Assembly: GCA_963762795.1 (NCBI GenBank)
Contig: CAVXMC010000001.1
Coordinates: 251,148-315,147 of the forward strand
DNA: 64,000 nucleotides
DNA from: an uncultured Actinomycetota bacterium
Lineage (GTDB): Bacteria; Actinomycetota; Actinomycetes; Mycobacteriales; SCTD01
Reading direction: 5' to 3'
The notes under the pieces are model-generated. The model had not been told where the DNA came from. It did not search any database and was given only the letters and a program-made list of their open reading frames with translations. This document shows, piece after piece, positions 1 to 13,302 of the stretch; within the stretch, counting starts at the first letter, position 1, and each line of letters starts with the position of its first letter. The position numbers and the translations under genes are program-made.

Positions 1-1884
1 GGAGGCCGCCACCGGGCCGGTGGCGCAGGGCCTGACCTTCGCCATGCCGGCCCTGGACGTCCTCGCGGTGTCGGTCGCCGTCGTGGTCCTCGACCGCCTG
101 CGGAGCCGGCCCGGCCCCGCGGTCGTGCTCGCGTGCCTGGCCCTCGCCGCCACCTGCACCAGCGAGGCGGTGTACGTCGCGGCCGCGGCGGCAGGGGCGT
201 ACCAGGTGGGCGGCCTGCCCGACCTGTCCTGGTGCGCCGGCTTCGCGCTGCTCGTCGTCGCCGCCGGGGTGCCCGAGCGGGCGCCCGCCCCGGAGCCGGA
301 CGCCGTCGAGGGGCTGCGGCTGCTCCCGCTGCTGCCCGCGGTCGCGGCCACCGGCGCGCTGGCGCTGACCGGGCGGCTGTCGACCGGCCTGGACCACGTC
401 CTGACCGTCTGCCTGGTGGTGCTCGGCGCCTCGCTGGTCCTGCGGCAGTACCTGCTGCACGGCGAGAACACCGCCCTGCACCGCTCCCTCGAGGCCACCG
501 TGACGGCGCGGACCCGCCAGCTCAGCGAGGCGCACGAGCGCGAGCGCCTGCGGGCGCGCACGGACGAGCTGACCGGGCTGGCCAACCGCCCCGCGCTGCT
601 CTCGGCCATCGCCGAGGCCGTGGTCGAGGCCGGTGGTCGAGGGCGTGGCCGGGGACGACGCCTCGTACGTCGCCGTCGTCCTGCTCGACCTCGACGGCTT
701 CAAGGCCGTCAACGACGGGCTCGGCCACGCCCACGGCGACAACGTCCTGGTGGCCGTCGCCTCGCGCCTGCGAGGCGTGCTGCGGCACGGCGCGCTGGCC
801 CGGCTCGGCGGCGACGAGTTCGCCTGCGTGCTGACCGGGCTGGACGAGCCGCAGGAGGCCGTACGGGTCGCCCGGCGCCTCGTCGAGGTCCTGTGCGAGC
901 CGCTGGCCGTGGACGGCCGCGACGTCGTCCTGGGCGCGAGCGCGGGCGTGGCCGTGGCCCTGCGGAGCGCCGCGCGCACGCCGCACGACCTCCTTCGCGA
1001 GGCGGACACCGCGATGTACGCCGCCAAGCGCGCGGGCGGCCACGACGTCCGCGTCTTCGACCAGCCGATGCACGCCGCTGTGCTGTCTCGCGTCGCGGTC
1101 GAGAGCGCGCTGCACGTCGCGGTGCGCGAGGGGCAGGTCGGCCTGCACTACCAGCCGGTGCAGCAGCTGGCGACCGGGCGGATCGTCGGCGTCGAGGCGC
1201 TGGCGCGCTGGCACCAGCCCGGGTCCGGGCCGGTGCCCCCGGACGTGTTCATCCCGGCCGCCGAGCGGACCGGCCTGATCGTCCCGCTCGAGCGCCACCT
1301 GCTCGACCTGGCCTGCCGGCAGACCGCGGTGTGGCGCCGGGACAACCCCGAGCTCAAGTGCGGCGTCAACCTCTCCCCGCGGCACCTGCGCGAGCCGGAC
1401 GTGGTGGAGGCGGTGCTCGGCATCGTCGACCGCCACGGGCTCGACCGGTCGGCGATCATCGCCGAGGTGACCGAGGGCCTGTTCTTCTCCGACGAGGAGC
1501 CACGTCGCGCGCGTCCTGCAGCAGCTCGCCGACGCCGGCATCACCCTGGCGCTCGACGACTTCGGCACCGGCTGGTCGTCCCTGTCCCGGCTCACCCGTC
1601 ACCCGTTCCGGGTGCTGAAGGTCGACCGGTCGTTCCTCACCGGGCTCGTCGCCGGTGCCCTGCCGCCCGAGCTCCTCGCCGTGATGGCCGTCGGCCGGGA
1701 GCTGCAGATGGACGTCGTGGCGGAGGGGGTCGAGTCGCAGGACCAGCTCGACGTGCTCGCCGGGCTCGGCTGCCACTTCGCCCAGGGCTTCCACCTGGCC
1801 CGGCCGGGCCCCGCCGAGGCGGTCTCGGCGCAGGTGCTCAACCAGGAGCCGGTGCCCGTGCCGTCCCGCCTGCTGCCGGTCTAG
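1..1884 (+). CDS. Membrane-anchored GGDEF-EAL protein (diguanylate cyclase / c-di-GMP phosphodiesterase); N-terminus outside window; frame-disrupted
   Basis: One protein is spread over three + frames. ORF 20..1618 has hydrophobic TM segments then [18 protein letters not shown] 633..1940 has [30 protein letters not shown] and [12 protein letters not shown]. The third frame from ~1500 (listed only as ORF 1612..1884) has [23 protein letters not shown] and VVAEGVES. The frame is open back to nt 2. Breaks are at 620-645 and ~1495-1505. Confidence 0.85.
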
Positions 1885-2556
1885 CCCAGCGAGGCAGCGA
1901 TCGCCGCAGCGGCCTGCGCCGGGTCCGGTCGCGCCGGTGATGGGGCGGCCGATCACCAGCAGGTCCGCACCGTCCGCCAGCGCCTGCTGCGGGGTCGCCG
2001 TACGCGCCTGGTCGCCCGTGTCGGCCCCGGCGGGGCGTACGCCGGGCGTGATGAGGACGACCCCCGGCCCGACCTCGGCGCGGACCGCGGCGACCTCCTG
2101 CGGCGAGCACACCAGCGCCCCCGCACCGGCGCCGACGGCCAGGGCGGCGAGCCGGCGCACGGCGTCGAGCGGCGGCCCGGCGAGCCCGACGGCGTCCAGG
2201 TGCGCGGCCGTCAGGCTGGTCAGCACCGTGATCGCGGTGATCGTGACGTCGGGGGCCGCCTCGACGGCGGCCCGCACCATGTCGGCCCCGCCGGCGGCGT
2301 GCACCGTGAGGAACCGCGGTCGCAGCGGGGCGACGGCCCGGGCCGCGCCGGCGACCGTGTTGGGGATGTCGTGCAGCTTGAGGTCGAGGAAGACCTCGCG
2401 CCCGGAGCGGACCTGCTCGACGACCCCGGGCCCGGCGGCGCAGAACAGCTCGAGACCGACCTTCAGCACCTGCACGTGCGGGGCCACGGCCGCCGCCCAG
2501 CCGGCCGCGGTGGCGGCGTCCGGCGCGTCGAGCGCGACCGCGATGGGCGCCGTCAC
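1881..2556 (-). CDS. pyrF: Orotidine 5'-phosphate decarboxylase; one frame break near the 3' end
   Basis: ORF 1456..2556 starts (V)[12 protein letters not shown] and carries [11 protein letters not shown] and [10 protein letters not shown]. After ITGA the listed frame becomes nonsense. The neighbouring frame reads [14 protein letters not shown]-stop (TAG at 1881-1883), so there is an indel near 1922-1932. The GTGA start overlaps the pyrD stop. Confidence 0.85.
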
Positions 2557-3569
2557 GACGCGTCCCCGACCGGGTCAGGGCCTTCCGGCACGTACGCCTC
2601 GGGTGGCCGGTGGGCCAGCCCGACGGCGTCGGAGAAGCGGTCGAAGCCCCGGTCGGAGAGCGCCTGCGCCAGCTCGGCCAGCACGCGCACCGGGGCGGTC
2701 GGGTCGCCGAACACCGTCGTGCCGACGCTCACCGCCGACGCGCCGGCGAGCACGAACTCGAGGGCGTCCAGACCGGTGCGGATCCCGCCCATGCCGAGGA
2801 TCGGCACGTCGGGCAGCGCCTGGTGCACCTGCCAGACGCAGCGCACCGCGACCGGCCGGATGGCCGGCCCGGACAGCCCGCCGGTGACGCCGCCGAGGAC
2901 CGGGCGCATGGTGTCGGTGTCGATCGCCATGCCCAGCAGCGTGTTGATGACCGACAGCCCGTCGGCCCCGGCGTCGACGCAGGCGCGGGCGATCGCGGTG
3001 ATGTCGGTGACGTCCGGCGAGAGCTTGGCGAAGACCGGGACGTCCGACGGCGTGGCCTTGCGGACCGCGGCGACGACCTCCGACGACGCGCGCGGGTCGC
3101 AGGCGAACACCTGCCCGCGGTCCTCGACGTTGGGACAGCTGATGTTGACCTCGAGCATCGCGAGACCGGGGGCGCCGCGCAGCTTCTGCGCCAGCGTCGC
3201 GTAGTCCTCGACGCTGCCCCCGGCGATCGACACGACAGCGCGCGCGCCGCGGTCGGCGAGCCAGGCCAGGTCCTTCTCCAGGAAGGCCGCGATCCCCGGG
3301 CCCTGCAGGCCGATCGAGTTGAGCATCCCGCTCGGCGTCTCGGCCATCCGCGGCGTCGCCCGGCCCGAGCGCGGCGCCAGCATGATCGACTTGGTGACCA
3401 CGCCGCCGAGCGCGGTGACGTCGAAGAACTGGTCGAGCTCCTGGCCGGCGGCGGCGCAGCCCGACGCGGTGAAGACCGGGTTGGGGAAGGTCCTCCCGGC
3501 CAGGGTGGTGCTCAGGTCGACCCGCGGCGCGGGCGACGGCGTGTCGCGGCGCACGGTCAGCTCGGTCAT
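2553..3569 (-). CDS. pyrD: Dihydroorotate dehydrogenase, class 1B catalytic subunit
   Basis: This is the last 338 aa of ORF 2553..4175, from MTELTVRRD. Motifs: [25 protein letters not shown] overlap with the pyrK stop. Confidence 0.9.
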   Translation of the reverse strand: MTELTVRRDTPSPAPRVDLSTTLAGRTFPNPVFTASGCAAAGQELDQFFDVTALGGVVTKSIMLAPRSGRATPRMAETPSGMLNSIGLQGPGIAAFLEKDLAWLADRGARAVVSIAGGSVEDYATLAQKLRGAPGLAMLEVNISCPNVEDRGQVFACDPRASSEVVAAVRKATPSDVPVFAKLSPDVTDITAIARACVDAGADGLSVINTLLGMAIDTDTMRPVLGGVTGGLSGPAIRPVAVRCVWQVHQALPDVPILGMGGIRTGLDALEFVLAGASAVSVGTTVFGDPTAPVRVLAELAQALSDRGFDRFSDAVGLAHRPPEAYVPEGPDPVGDAS

Positions 3570-4419
3570 CGGTGCCCTCCGGTCGGCGCGCCCAGGGTGT
3601 CGGCGGGGACGGTGCCGACGTCGTCCCAGCGCACGCGGTCGCCGAGGAACACCGGTCCCTCGACGCAGCTGCGGACCATGCGCGTCACGTCGTCCTCGCC
3701 CCGCACCGGCAGCACGCAGGTCATGCACACCCCGATGCCGCAGGCCATCGACTCCTCGACGGCGACCTGGGCCGGGATGCCGCGCGCGGTGGCGATGTCG
3801 GTGACGGCGCGCAGCATCGCCATCGGCCCGCAGGCGTAGACGACGTCGCTGCCGGTCTTGTCCAGGACCTGCGGCAGCACGTCGCTGACGCGCCCCTTCT
3901 CCCCCGCCGAGCCGTCGTCGGTCGTCACCGCGATGACGCCGGCGATCCGCTTCGCGTCGAGCTGGCCGAACAGCTTGTCGGAGCTGCCGGCGCCGAGCAC
4001 GAAGTCGACGGTGCAGCCGCGCTCGCGCAGCGCCACCGCCAGCGGCAGCAGCGGCGCGCTGCCGTAGCCGCCGCCGACGAGCGTCGCGCGTACGGGCGTG
4101 GTGGGCAGGCGGAACGGCTTGCCGAGCGGGCCGACGACGTCGATCTTGTCCTGCGGCTTGCGCTGCGACAGCCACTCGGTGCCCTTGCCGTGCACCGAGA
4201 AGACGAACTGCACGGTCCCGCCGTAGACGCCGCGGGCCTGCACGTCGTAGATGGCGAAGGCCCGGCGCAGCAGCATGCTCGACTCGAGACCGCCGACCTG
4301 GACGGCCACGAACTGCCCGGGGCGGTAGAGCTCGGCCATCCCGGGCGCGACGACCGTGACCGCCTGGTAGGCGCCCACCCTGCGCATCGACAGGATCTCG
4401 CCGAGGACCTGCACGGGCA

Positions 4420-4420
<1 letters not shown>
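3566..4420 (-). CDS. pyrK: Dihydroorotate dehydrogenase electron-transfer subunit (FAD / 2Fe-2S)
   Basis: This is the last 284 aa of ORF 3566..5980, from VPVQVLGEILSMRRVG. It has a ferredoxin-reductase-like fold and the cluster motif CGIGVCMTC. The GTG start overlaps the carB TAG (TAGTG). Confidence 0.85.
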
Positions 4421-7703
<3,283 letters not shown>

Positions 7704-7704
<1 letters not shown>

Positions 7705-8825
7705 TAGCGCGGGCCTTCCATGAGCGAGGCGAACTGCGAGAACAGGCCGGTGGCGTCGTGTGGGCCGGGGGCGGCCTCGGGGTGGTACTGCACGGAGAAG
7801 GCCGGCACGTCGAGGCACCGCAGGCCCTCGACCACGTCGTCGTTGAGGTCGACGTGGCTGACCTCGACAGAGCCGTACGGCGTCTGCACCGGCGTCCCGT
7901 CGGTCGGCGCGTCGACCGCGAAGCCGTGGTTGTGGCTCGTGACGTGCACGCGCCCGGTCGCGCGCTCCATGACGGGCTGGTTCACGCCGCGGTGGCCGTA
8001 GCGCAGCTTGTAGGTGCCCAGGCCCAGGGCGCGGCCGAGGATCTGGTTGCCGAAGCAGATGCCGAAGACCGGCACGCGCTGCTCGAGCACGCCCTGCATC
8101 GCCGCGACCGGGCCGTCGGTGGTCGCCGGGTCGCCGGGGCCGTTGGAGAAGAAGACGCCGTCGGGCTCGAGCGCGAGCAGCTCGTCGGCCGTCGTCGTGG
8201 CCGGCAGCACGTGCACCTCGCAGCCGTGCTGCGCCATGTAGCGCGGGGTGGCCCGCTTGATGCCGAGGTCGACCGCCGCGACGCGGAACCGCCTCTCGCC
8301 GACGGCCGACACGACGTACGCCTCGGGGGTGGTGACCTCGTGCGCGAGGTCGGCGCCCTCCATCGGCGGGGACGCCAGCACGCGCTGGGTGAGGGCGTCG
8401 GTGTCGGCGAGGGCGTCACCGGAGAAGACGCCGGCGCGCATCGCGCCGCGCTCGCGCAGGTGACGGGTCAGGGCGCGGGTGTCGACACCGCTGATGCCGA
8501 CGACGCCCTGCGCGGCCAGCTCGTCGTCGAGGCTGCGGCTGCTCCGCCAGCTGCTCGCCATGCGGGCCGGGTCGCGGACGACGAAGCCGCTGACCCAGAT
8601 GCGGACCGACTCCATGTCCTCGTCGTTGGCACCGGTGTTGCCGATGTGCGGGGCCGTCATGGCGACGACCTGGCGGTGGTAGCTCGGGTCGGTCAGCGTC
8701 TCCTGGTAGCCGGTCATGCCGGTGTTGAAGACGGCCTCGCCGAAGGTCTCGCCGACGGCGCCGTAGGCCTCGCCGCGGAACGTGCGGCCGTCCTCGAGGA
8801 CGAGCACAGCGGGGGTGCGCGTCAT
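7704..8825 (-). CDS. carA: Carbamoyl-phosphate synthase small (glutaminase) subunit
   Basis: This is the last 373 aa of ORF 7704..10217, from [16 protein letters not shown]. Motifs: [26 protein letters not shown]. Confidence 0.95.
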
Positions 8826-9346
8826 GCGCTCTCCTCCTGGGTGGGGCTCTGGGTGGGCAGGTGGGCGTGCACCGCGTCGGCGAGCCGGCGGTGGGCGGCG
8901 TGGTCGTCGGCCCGGAAGCCGGACTGCACGGTGCGGCCGCCGAGGCGCCAGGTCACGACGAGCATCCCGTCGCGGCCGACGACCTTGCCGGCGAGCGCCT
9001 CGCCCGGCTCGGCGGCGTCGACGAGGTCGTAGGGCAGGTAGACGTCGTCGCCGCCCTCGCGCTCGACCAGCAGCCCGTCGGTGCGGACCGTGAGCCAGCC
9101 GGACGACCGGTCGGACAGGCCGTGCACGGCGACGCGGTCGAGCCAGTCGCCCTCGAACACCGTGCCGATGAACAGCCCCGGCGTCGCCCCGACGACGACC
9201 AGACCCGGCTCCTCGGGCGGCTGCGGCGGTGGCGGGAGGTCGCCCTGCCGGCGCTGGCGGCCCCGCCAGCCCTTGAGCATGAGCAGGTAGACCAGCACGA
9301 CGAACGCGAGGACCGCGGCGGTCGCGAGGACCCGGTCGGAGCTCAT
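8822..9346 (-). CDS. Small membrane protein conserved inside actinobacterial pyr operons (one N-terminal TM helix)
   Basis: ORF 8822..9346 has the TM segment [20 protein letters not shown] followed by a soluble domain. It sits between pyrC and carA, the position of the membrane-protein gene in the mycobacterial pyr operon (from memory). ATGA overlap with the carA start. Confidence 0.6.
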   Translation of the reverse strand: MSSDRVLATAAVLAFVVLVYLLMLKGWRGRQRRQGDLPPPPQPPEEPGLVVVGATPGLFIGTVFEGDWLDRVAVHGLSDRSSGWLTVRTDGLLVEREGGDDVYLPYDLVDAAEPGEALAGKVVGRDGMLVVTWRLGGRTVQSGFRADDHAAHRRLADAVHAHLPTQSPTQEESA

Positions 9347-9385
9347 GCCGGCGTCCCGTGGCGGTCTTGGGGACGCGGTCCTGGC

Positions 9386-10672
9386 TCACGCAGGCTTCCC
9401 GTCGAGCACGGTCGGCGTCCCGCGCAGGAAGGTCGCGCGGACGCGTACCGGCAGTGACCGCCCGGCGAACGGCGTGTTGCGGCTGCGGGTGGCCATCGCG
9501 GCCGCGTCGACCGTCCAGGGCGCAGCCTCGTCGACCAGGCAGAGGTTGGCCGGCGCGCCGACCTCGAGCGGGCGGCCGTGGCCCTCGAGCCGGCCGATCC
9601 GCGCCGGGGTGCTGGACAGCCGCTCGGCCACCTGCCGCCAGGTCAGCCGGCCGGGCAGGACCATCGTCTCGGCGACGATGCCGAGCGCGGTCTCCAGGCC
9701 GGTCATGCCGGGCAGGGCGGCGCCCCACTCGGCCTCCTTGTCCTCGAGAGCGTGCGGAGCGTGGTCGGTCGCGACGCAGTCGATGGTCCCGTCGGCGAGG
9801 CCGGCCCGCAGGGCCTCGACGTCCTCGGCGGTGCGCAGCGGCGGGTTGACCTTGAAGACCGGGTCGTAGGACGCGGCGAGGTCGTCGGTCAGCACCAGGT
9901 GGTGGGGCGTGACCTCGGCCGTGACGTCCCAGCCCTTGCTCTTCGCCCAGCGGATGAGCTCGACGCTGCCGGCGGTGCTGACGTGGCAGACGTGCAGGCG
10001 GCTGCCGACGTGGGCGGCGAGCAGGCAGTCGCGGGCGATGACCGCCTCCTCCGCGACGGCCGGCCAGCCGGTCAGGCCGAGGCGGCTGGAGACGACGCCC
10101 TCGTTCATCTGCGCGCCGACCGTCAGCCGCGGCTCCTGCGCGTGCTGGGCGATGACGCCGTCGAAGGCCTTGACGTACTCGAGGGCCCGGCGCATCAGGC
10201 TGGCGTCGCTGACGCACTTGCCGTCGTCGCTGAACACCCGCACGCGGGCGGCGCTGTCGGCCATGGTCCCGAGCTCGGCCATCTGCTCGCCGCCGAGGCC
10301 GACGGTCACCGCGCCGACCGGCGCGACGTCGCAGTGGCCGGCCTCCTGGCCGAGCCGCCAGACCTGCTCGACGACACCCGCGGTGTCGGCGACCGGGTCG
10401 GTGTTGGCCATCGCGTGCACGGCGGTGAAGCCGCCGAGGGCAGCAGCGAGGGTGCCCGTCTCGACCGTCTCGGCGTCCTCGCGTCCGGGCTCGCGCAGGT
10501 GCGTGTGCAGGTCGACCAGGCCCGGCAGCAGGACCGCTCCCCCGCCGTCGTACGCCCGGCTGCCGCCCTCGGACAGGCCGGTGCCGATCTCGGCGATGAC
10601 GCCGTCCACGAGGCGGACGTCGACGGGCGCGCCCTCGCCGTACAGGCGGACGTCGCGGACCAGGGCGCTCAC
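9386..10672 (-). CDS. pyrC: Dihydroorotase
   Basis: This is the last 428 aa of ORF 9386..11713, from [14 protein letters not shown]. Motifs: [28 protein letters not shown] overlap with the pyrB stop. Confidence 0.92.
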   Translation of the reverse strand: MSALVRDVRLYGEGAPVDVRLVDGVIAEIGTGLSEGGSRAYDGGGAVLLPGLVDLHTHLREPGREDAETVETGTLAAALGGFTAVHAMANTDPVADTAGVVEQVWRLGQEAGHCDVAPVGAVTVGLGGEQMAELGTMADSAARVRVFSDDGKCVSDASLMRRALEYVKAFDGVIAQHAQEPRLTVGAQMNEGVVSSRLGLTGWPAVAEEAVIARDCLLAAHVGSRLHVCHVSTAGSVELIRWAKSKGWDVTAEVTPHHLVLTDDLAASYDPVFKVNPPLRTAEDVEALRAGLADGTIDCVATDHAPHALEDKEAEWGAALPGMTGLETALGIVAETMVLPGRLTWRQVAERLSSTPARIGRLEGHGRPLEVGAPANLCLVDEAAPWTVDAAAMATRSRNTPFAGRSLPVRVRATFLRGTPTVLDGKPA

Positions 10673-11607
10673 AGTGCTTCTCCTCCGATGGCGGGCGAGG
10701 CTCCGCCGAGCAGCAGGTACAGGACGGCCATGCGGACGCTGACGCCGTTGCGGACCTGCTCCACGATGGTCGAGCGGACGCCGTCGGCGACCTCGGGGGC
10801 GATCTCCATGCCGCGCACCATCGGGCCGGGGTGCATGACGACGGCGTCGTCGTGCAGCGCCGCGGCCCGGCGGACGTCGAGGCCGTAGCGGCGGGCGTAC
10901 TCGCGCTGGCTGGGGAAGTAGGCGGCGCCCATGCGCTCGCGCTGCACCCGCAGCATCATCACGACGTCGCTCTTGGCGAGCACCGCGTCCAGGTCGTACG
11001 ACACCTGCGCCGGCCACGACTCGACGCCGACGGGGAGCAGCGTCGGCGGGGCGACGAGGGTGACGTCGGCCCCGAGCGTGGACAGGAGCAGCACGTTGCT
11101 GCGGGCGACCCGGCTGTGCAGCACGTCGCCGACGATCGTGACCTTGAGCCCCTCGACGCGGCCGAGGCGGCGGCGCATCGTGAAGGCGTCGAGCAGCGCC
11201 TGCGTGGGGTGCTCGTGCGTGCCGTCGCCGGCGTTGACGACCGAGCCGCGCACCCAGCGAGCCAGGTTGACGGGCGCGCCGGACCACGAGTGGCGCACGA
11301 CGATGGCGTCGGAGCCCATCGCCTCCAGCGTCATCGCGGTGTCCTTGAGGGTCTCGCCCTTGGACACGCTGGAGCCCTTGGCCGAGAAGTTGATGACGTC
11401 GGCGGACAGCCGCTTGGCGGCCAGCTCGAAGCTGGTGCGGGTGCGGGTGGAGTCCTCGAAGAAGAGGTTGACCACGGTGCGGCCGCGCAGGGTGGGGAGC
11501 TTCTTGACCGTGCGCTCCTCGACGAGCGCCATCTCCTCGGCGGTGTCGAGGACGAGGGTCGCGTCCTCGCGGCTGAGGTCGGCGGCGCTGAGCAGGTGGC
11601 GCTTCAC
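10669..11607 (-). CDS. pyrB: Aspartate carbamoyltransferase catalytic subunit
   Basis: This is the last 312 aa of ORF 10669..12369, from [11 protein letters not shown]. Motifs: [31 protein letters not shown] overlap with the pyrR stop. Confidence 0.92.
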   Translation of the reverse strand: MKRHLLSAADLSREDATLVLDTAEEMALVEERTVKKLPTLRGRTVVNLFFEDSTRTRTSFELAAKRLSADVINFSAKGSSVSKGETLKDTAMTLEAMGSDAIVVRHSWSGAPVNLARWVRGSVVNAGDGTHEHPTQALLDAFTMRRRLGRVEGLKVTIVGDVLHSRVARSNVLLLSTLGADVTLVAPPTLLPVGVESWPAQVSYDLDAVLAKSDVVMMLRVQRERMGAAYFPSQREYARRYGLDVRRAAALHDDAVVMHPGPMVRGMEIAPEVADGVRSTIVEQVRNGVSVRMAVLYLLLGGASPAIGGEAL

Positions 11608-12176
11608 CGGCCCCCCTCCAGCTCGACGCCGTCGCGCCCGTCGTGCTCGGTGAGCAGGACGTGCACCGACTCCTTGAGCGAGGTCGGGATGTTCTTGCCG
11701 ACGTAGTCGGCACGGATCGGCAGCTCGCGGTGGCCCCGGTCGACCAGGACGGCCAGCTGGACGGCGCGCGGGCGGCCGAGGTCGGCCAACGCGTCGAGCG
11801 CGGCGCGGACGGTGCGGCCGCTGAACAGGACGTCGTCGACCAGCACGACCAGCGCCCCGTCGACGCCCTCGGGCGGGATCTCGGTCTGCTCCAGCGGGCG
11901 CGGGCCCTTCAGGCGCAGGTCGTCGCGGTAGAGCGTGGTGTCGAGGCAGCCGGTCGGGACGACCAGGCCCTCGAACGCGCGCACCCGCTCGGCCAGCCGG
12001 CGGGCGAGGGTGGCGCCGCGGGTGGGGATGCCCAGCAGCACGACGTCGCTGGCGCCGGCGGTCTTCTCCAGCAGCTCGTGGGCCATCCGGTCGACCACGC
12101 GGGAGACGTCCGCCGCCGAGAGCACCGCCTTCACCGGACCACGCGGTGGCGGGGTCGTGCCAGGGGCAGCCGTCAT
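11604..12176 (-). CDS. pyrR: Bifunctional pyrimidine operon regulator / uracil phosphoribosyltransferase PyrR
   Basis: ORF 11604..12203. It has the PRTase motif [17 protein letters not shown] and is the first gene of the pyr operon. I prefer the ATG at 12176 (MTAAPG), preceded by GGAGG at ~12181-12186; 12203 is the alternative start. Confidence 0.85.
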   Translation of the reverse strand: MTAAPGTTPPPRGPVKAVLSAADVSRVVDRMAHELLEKTAGASDVVLLGIPTRGATLARRLAERVRAFEGLVVPTGCLDTTLYRDDLRLKGPRPLEQTEIPPEGVDGALVVLVDDVLFSGRTVRAALDALADLGRPRAVQLAVLVDRGHRELPIRADYVGKNIPTSLKESVHVLLTEHDGRDGVELEGGR

Positions 12177-12189
12177 CGGCAGGAGCCTC

Positions 12190-12212
12190 CTTCCCCGCCT
12201 CACGGGACGGGC
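12190..12212 (-). promoter_or_regulatory. Candidate PyrR-binding RNA loop abutting the pyrR ribosome-binding site
   Basis: The minus-strand leader reads GUCCCGUGAGGCGGGGAAGGAGG. This gives a small hairpin (CCCG/CGGG) whose loop and 3' side resemble the PyrR-binding core CCAGAGAGGC (8 of 10 positions; consensus quoted from memory). It is directly followed by the RBS. Confidence 0.3.
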
Positions 12213-12292
12213 TCGGTGGAGGACGTGCGAGCGGCTGCGACGTTACCGCACGGCGACCGGACACCCGACGGGGTGACACGGCCTGCACCTGC

Positions 12293-12321
12293 TTGACCGG
12301 CCTGTACCCTCCCCCTATCGT
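12293..12321 (+). promoter_or_regulatory. Candidate sigma-70-type promoter of bldD
   Basis: TTGACC (12293-12298), a 17-nt spacer, then TATCGT (12316-12321). It lies about 175 nt upstream of the bldD GTG, in the pyrR-bldD divergent region. Confidence 0.4.
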
Positions 12322-12343
12322 CACTCTCCGTAAGCGGCGAGGC

Positions 12344-12370
12344 AGTGACGCCGGGGGGACATCGGTCACC
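12344..12370. promoter_or_regulatory. Candidate BldD operator (AGTGA-N17-TCACC inverted half-sites)
   Basis: AGTGA is at 12344-12348 and TCACC at 12366-12370, just downstream of the putative -10. This matches the AGTgA(n)TCACc operator type described for Streptomyces BldD (from memory). A second pair, GTCACT...AGTGAC, lies at 12320-12349. Confidence 0.35.
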
Positions 12371-12495
12371 CCGTCCGCGACGACCCTTCAGCAGGGGCCG
12401 TCTCCGGGCGGCCCCCCGGACGAGCCAGTGGTGAGACCGGCGCCCGCACGGCAGCGAGGACCGACCTCGCGACGTTCGACGGGAGCCCCGACCAC

Positions 12496-12987
12496 GTGAC
12501 CGACTACGCCAAGGCACTCGGTGGCCGCCTGCGCGCCATCCGCACGCAGCAGGGCCTGTCCCTGCACGGGGTCGAGGAGAAGTCCCAGGGGCGCTGGAAG
12601 GCCGTCGTCGTCGGGTCGTACGAGCGCGGCGACCGCGCGGTGACCGTGCAGCGGCTGTCCGAGCTGGCCGAGTTCTACGGCGTGCCGGTCAGCGAGCTGC
12701 TGCCCGAGGGCGCGTCGGTCGCGACCAGCGAGCCGGCAGCCGCGCGCATCGTCATCGACCTCGAGCAGCTCTCGCAGGTCCCGGCCGACCAGGCGGCGCC
12801 GCTCGCCCGCTACGCCGCGACCATCCAGAGCCAGCGCGGTGACTACAACGGCCGGGTGCTCTCGATCCGCCACGAGGACCTGCGGTCGCTCGCTGTCATC
12901 TACGACGCCTCCCCCAGCGCGCTCACCGAGCAGCTGATCGGCTGGGGCGTGCTCAGCCCCGACGCCCGCCGCGCCGTCGACGCCTGA
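12496..12987 (+). CDS. bldD: Developmental transcriptional regulator BldD (XRE-type HTH plus c-di-GMP-binding C-terminal domain)
   Basis: ORF 12496..12987 is near-identical in motif content to Streptomyces BldD as I remember it: LRAIRTQQGLSLHGVEEKSQGRWKAVVVGSYERGDRAVTVQRL and YAATIQSQRGDYNGRVLSIRHEDL. The latter contains RGD-X8-RHED, the bipartite c-di-GMP motif RXD-X8-RXXD. Confidence 0.92.
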   Translation: MTDYAKALGGRLRAIRTQQGLSLHGVEEKSQGRWKAVVVGSYERGDRAVTVQRLSELAEFYGVPVSELLPEGASVATSEPAAARIVIDLEQLSQVPADQAAPLARYAATIQSQRGDYNGRVLSIRHEDLRSLAVIYDASPSALTEQLIGWGVLSPDARRAVDA

Positions 12988-13063
12988 GGCACCGCCCGCG
13001 CGCCCCCGCGGGGCCGGCGCCCGCCCGCGCCACCCGGCCGGCTCCGCGCCAACTGCCCGACCT

Positions 13064-13263
13064 CCGCGATCGTGCAGGTGGTGCGGGGTGCCTGAGCGTA
13101 GCGGGACCGGACGACGTGCAAGATCGCGATGCGCAGGGGGTCCCGGCGGGGCGCGCGGACCCCAATCTCCCCGCGATCTTGCAGTGGTGCGGGGCGCGTG
13201 AGCGTGGCGGGACCGCACGACGTGCAAGATCGCGATGCGCAGGGGGTCCGGCGGGGCGCGCGG
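13064..13263. repeat. Two tandem copies (period ~107 nt) of a hairpin-containing intergenic module
   Basis: Copy A is ~13064-13158 and copy B ~13171-13263. Both read ccgcgatc(g/t)tgcag(g)tggtgcgggg...gacgtgcaagatcgcgatgcgcagggggtcc(c)ggcggggcgcgcgg. Each copy folds with arms cgcgatcttgca / tgcaagatcgcg plus gtgcgg / ccgcac. They lie between the convergent bldD and lipoprotein genes. Confidence 0.85.
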
Positions 13264-13302
13264 TGCGCGGGGGGCCGGGCGGCACGCGGGGCGCCGCGGG
13301 CC

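Noticed and set aside
1881-1884. The 4-nt CTAG shared by the convergent stops of the GGDEF-EAL gene and pyrF, as a regulatory overlap.
   Set aside because: It is a palindromic stop-codon coincidence that depends on the corrected pyrF frame. No further structure is present.
12388-13227. Twin minus-strand ORFs starting MHVVRSR(Y/H)A(Q/H)APRTT (12900..13121 and 12388..13227).
   Set aside because: They are a by-product of the duplicated intergenic module. The first overlaps the 3' end of bldD antisense and the second runs antisense across the whole bldD gene. Both have nonsense-type composition.
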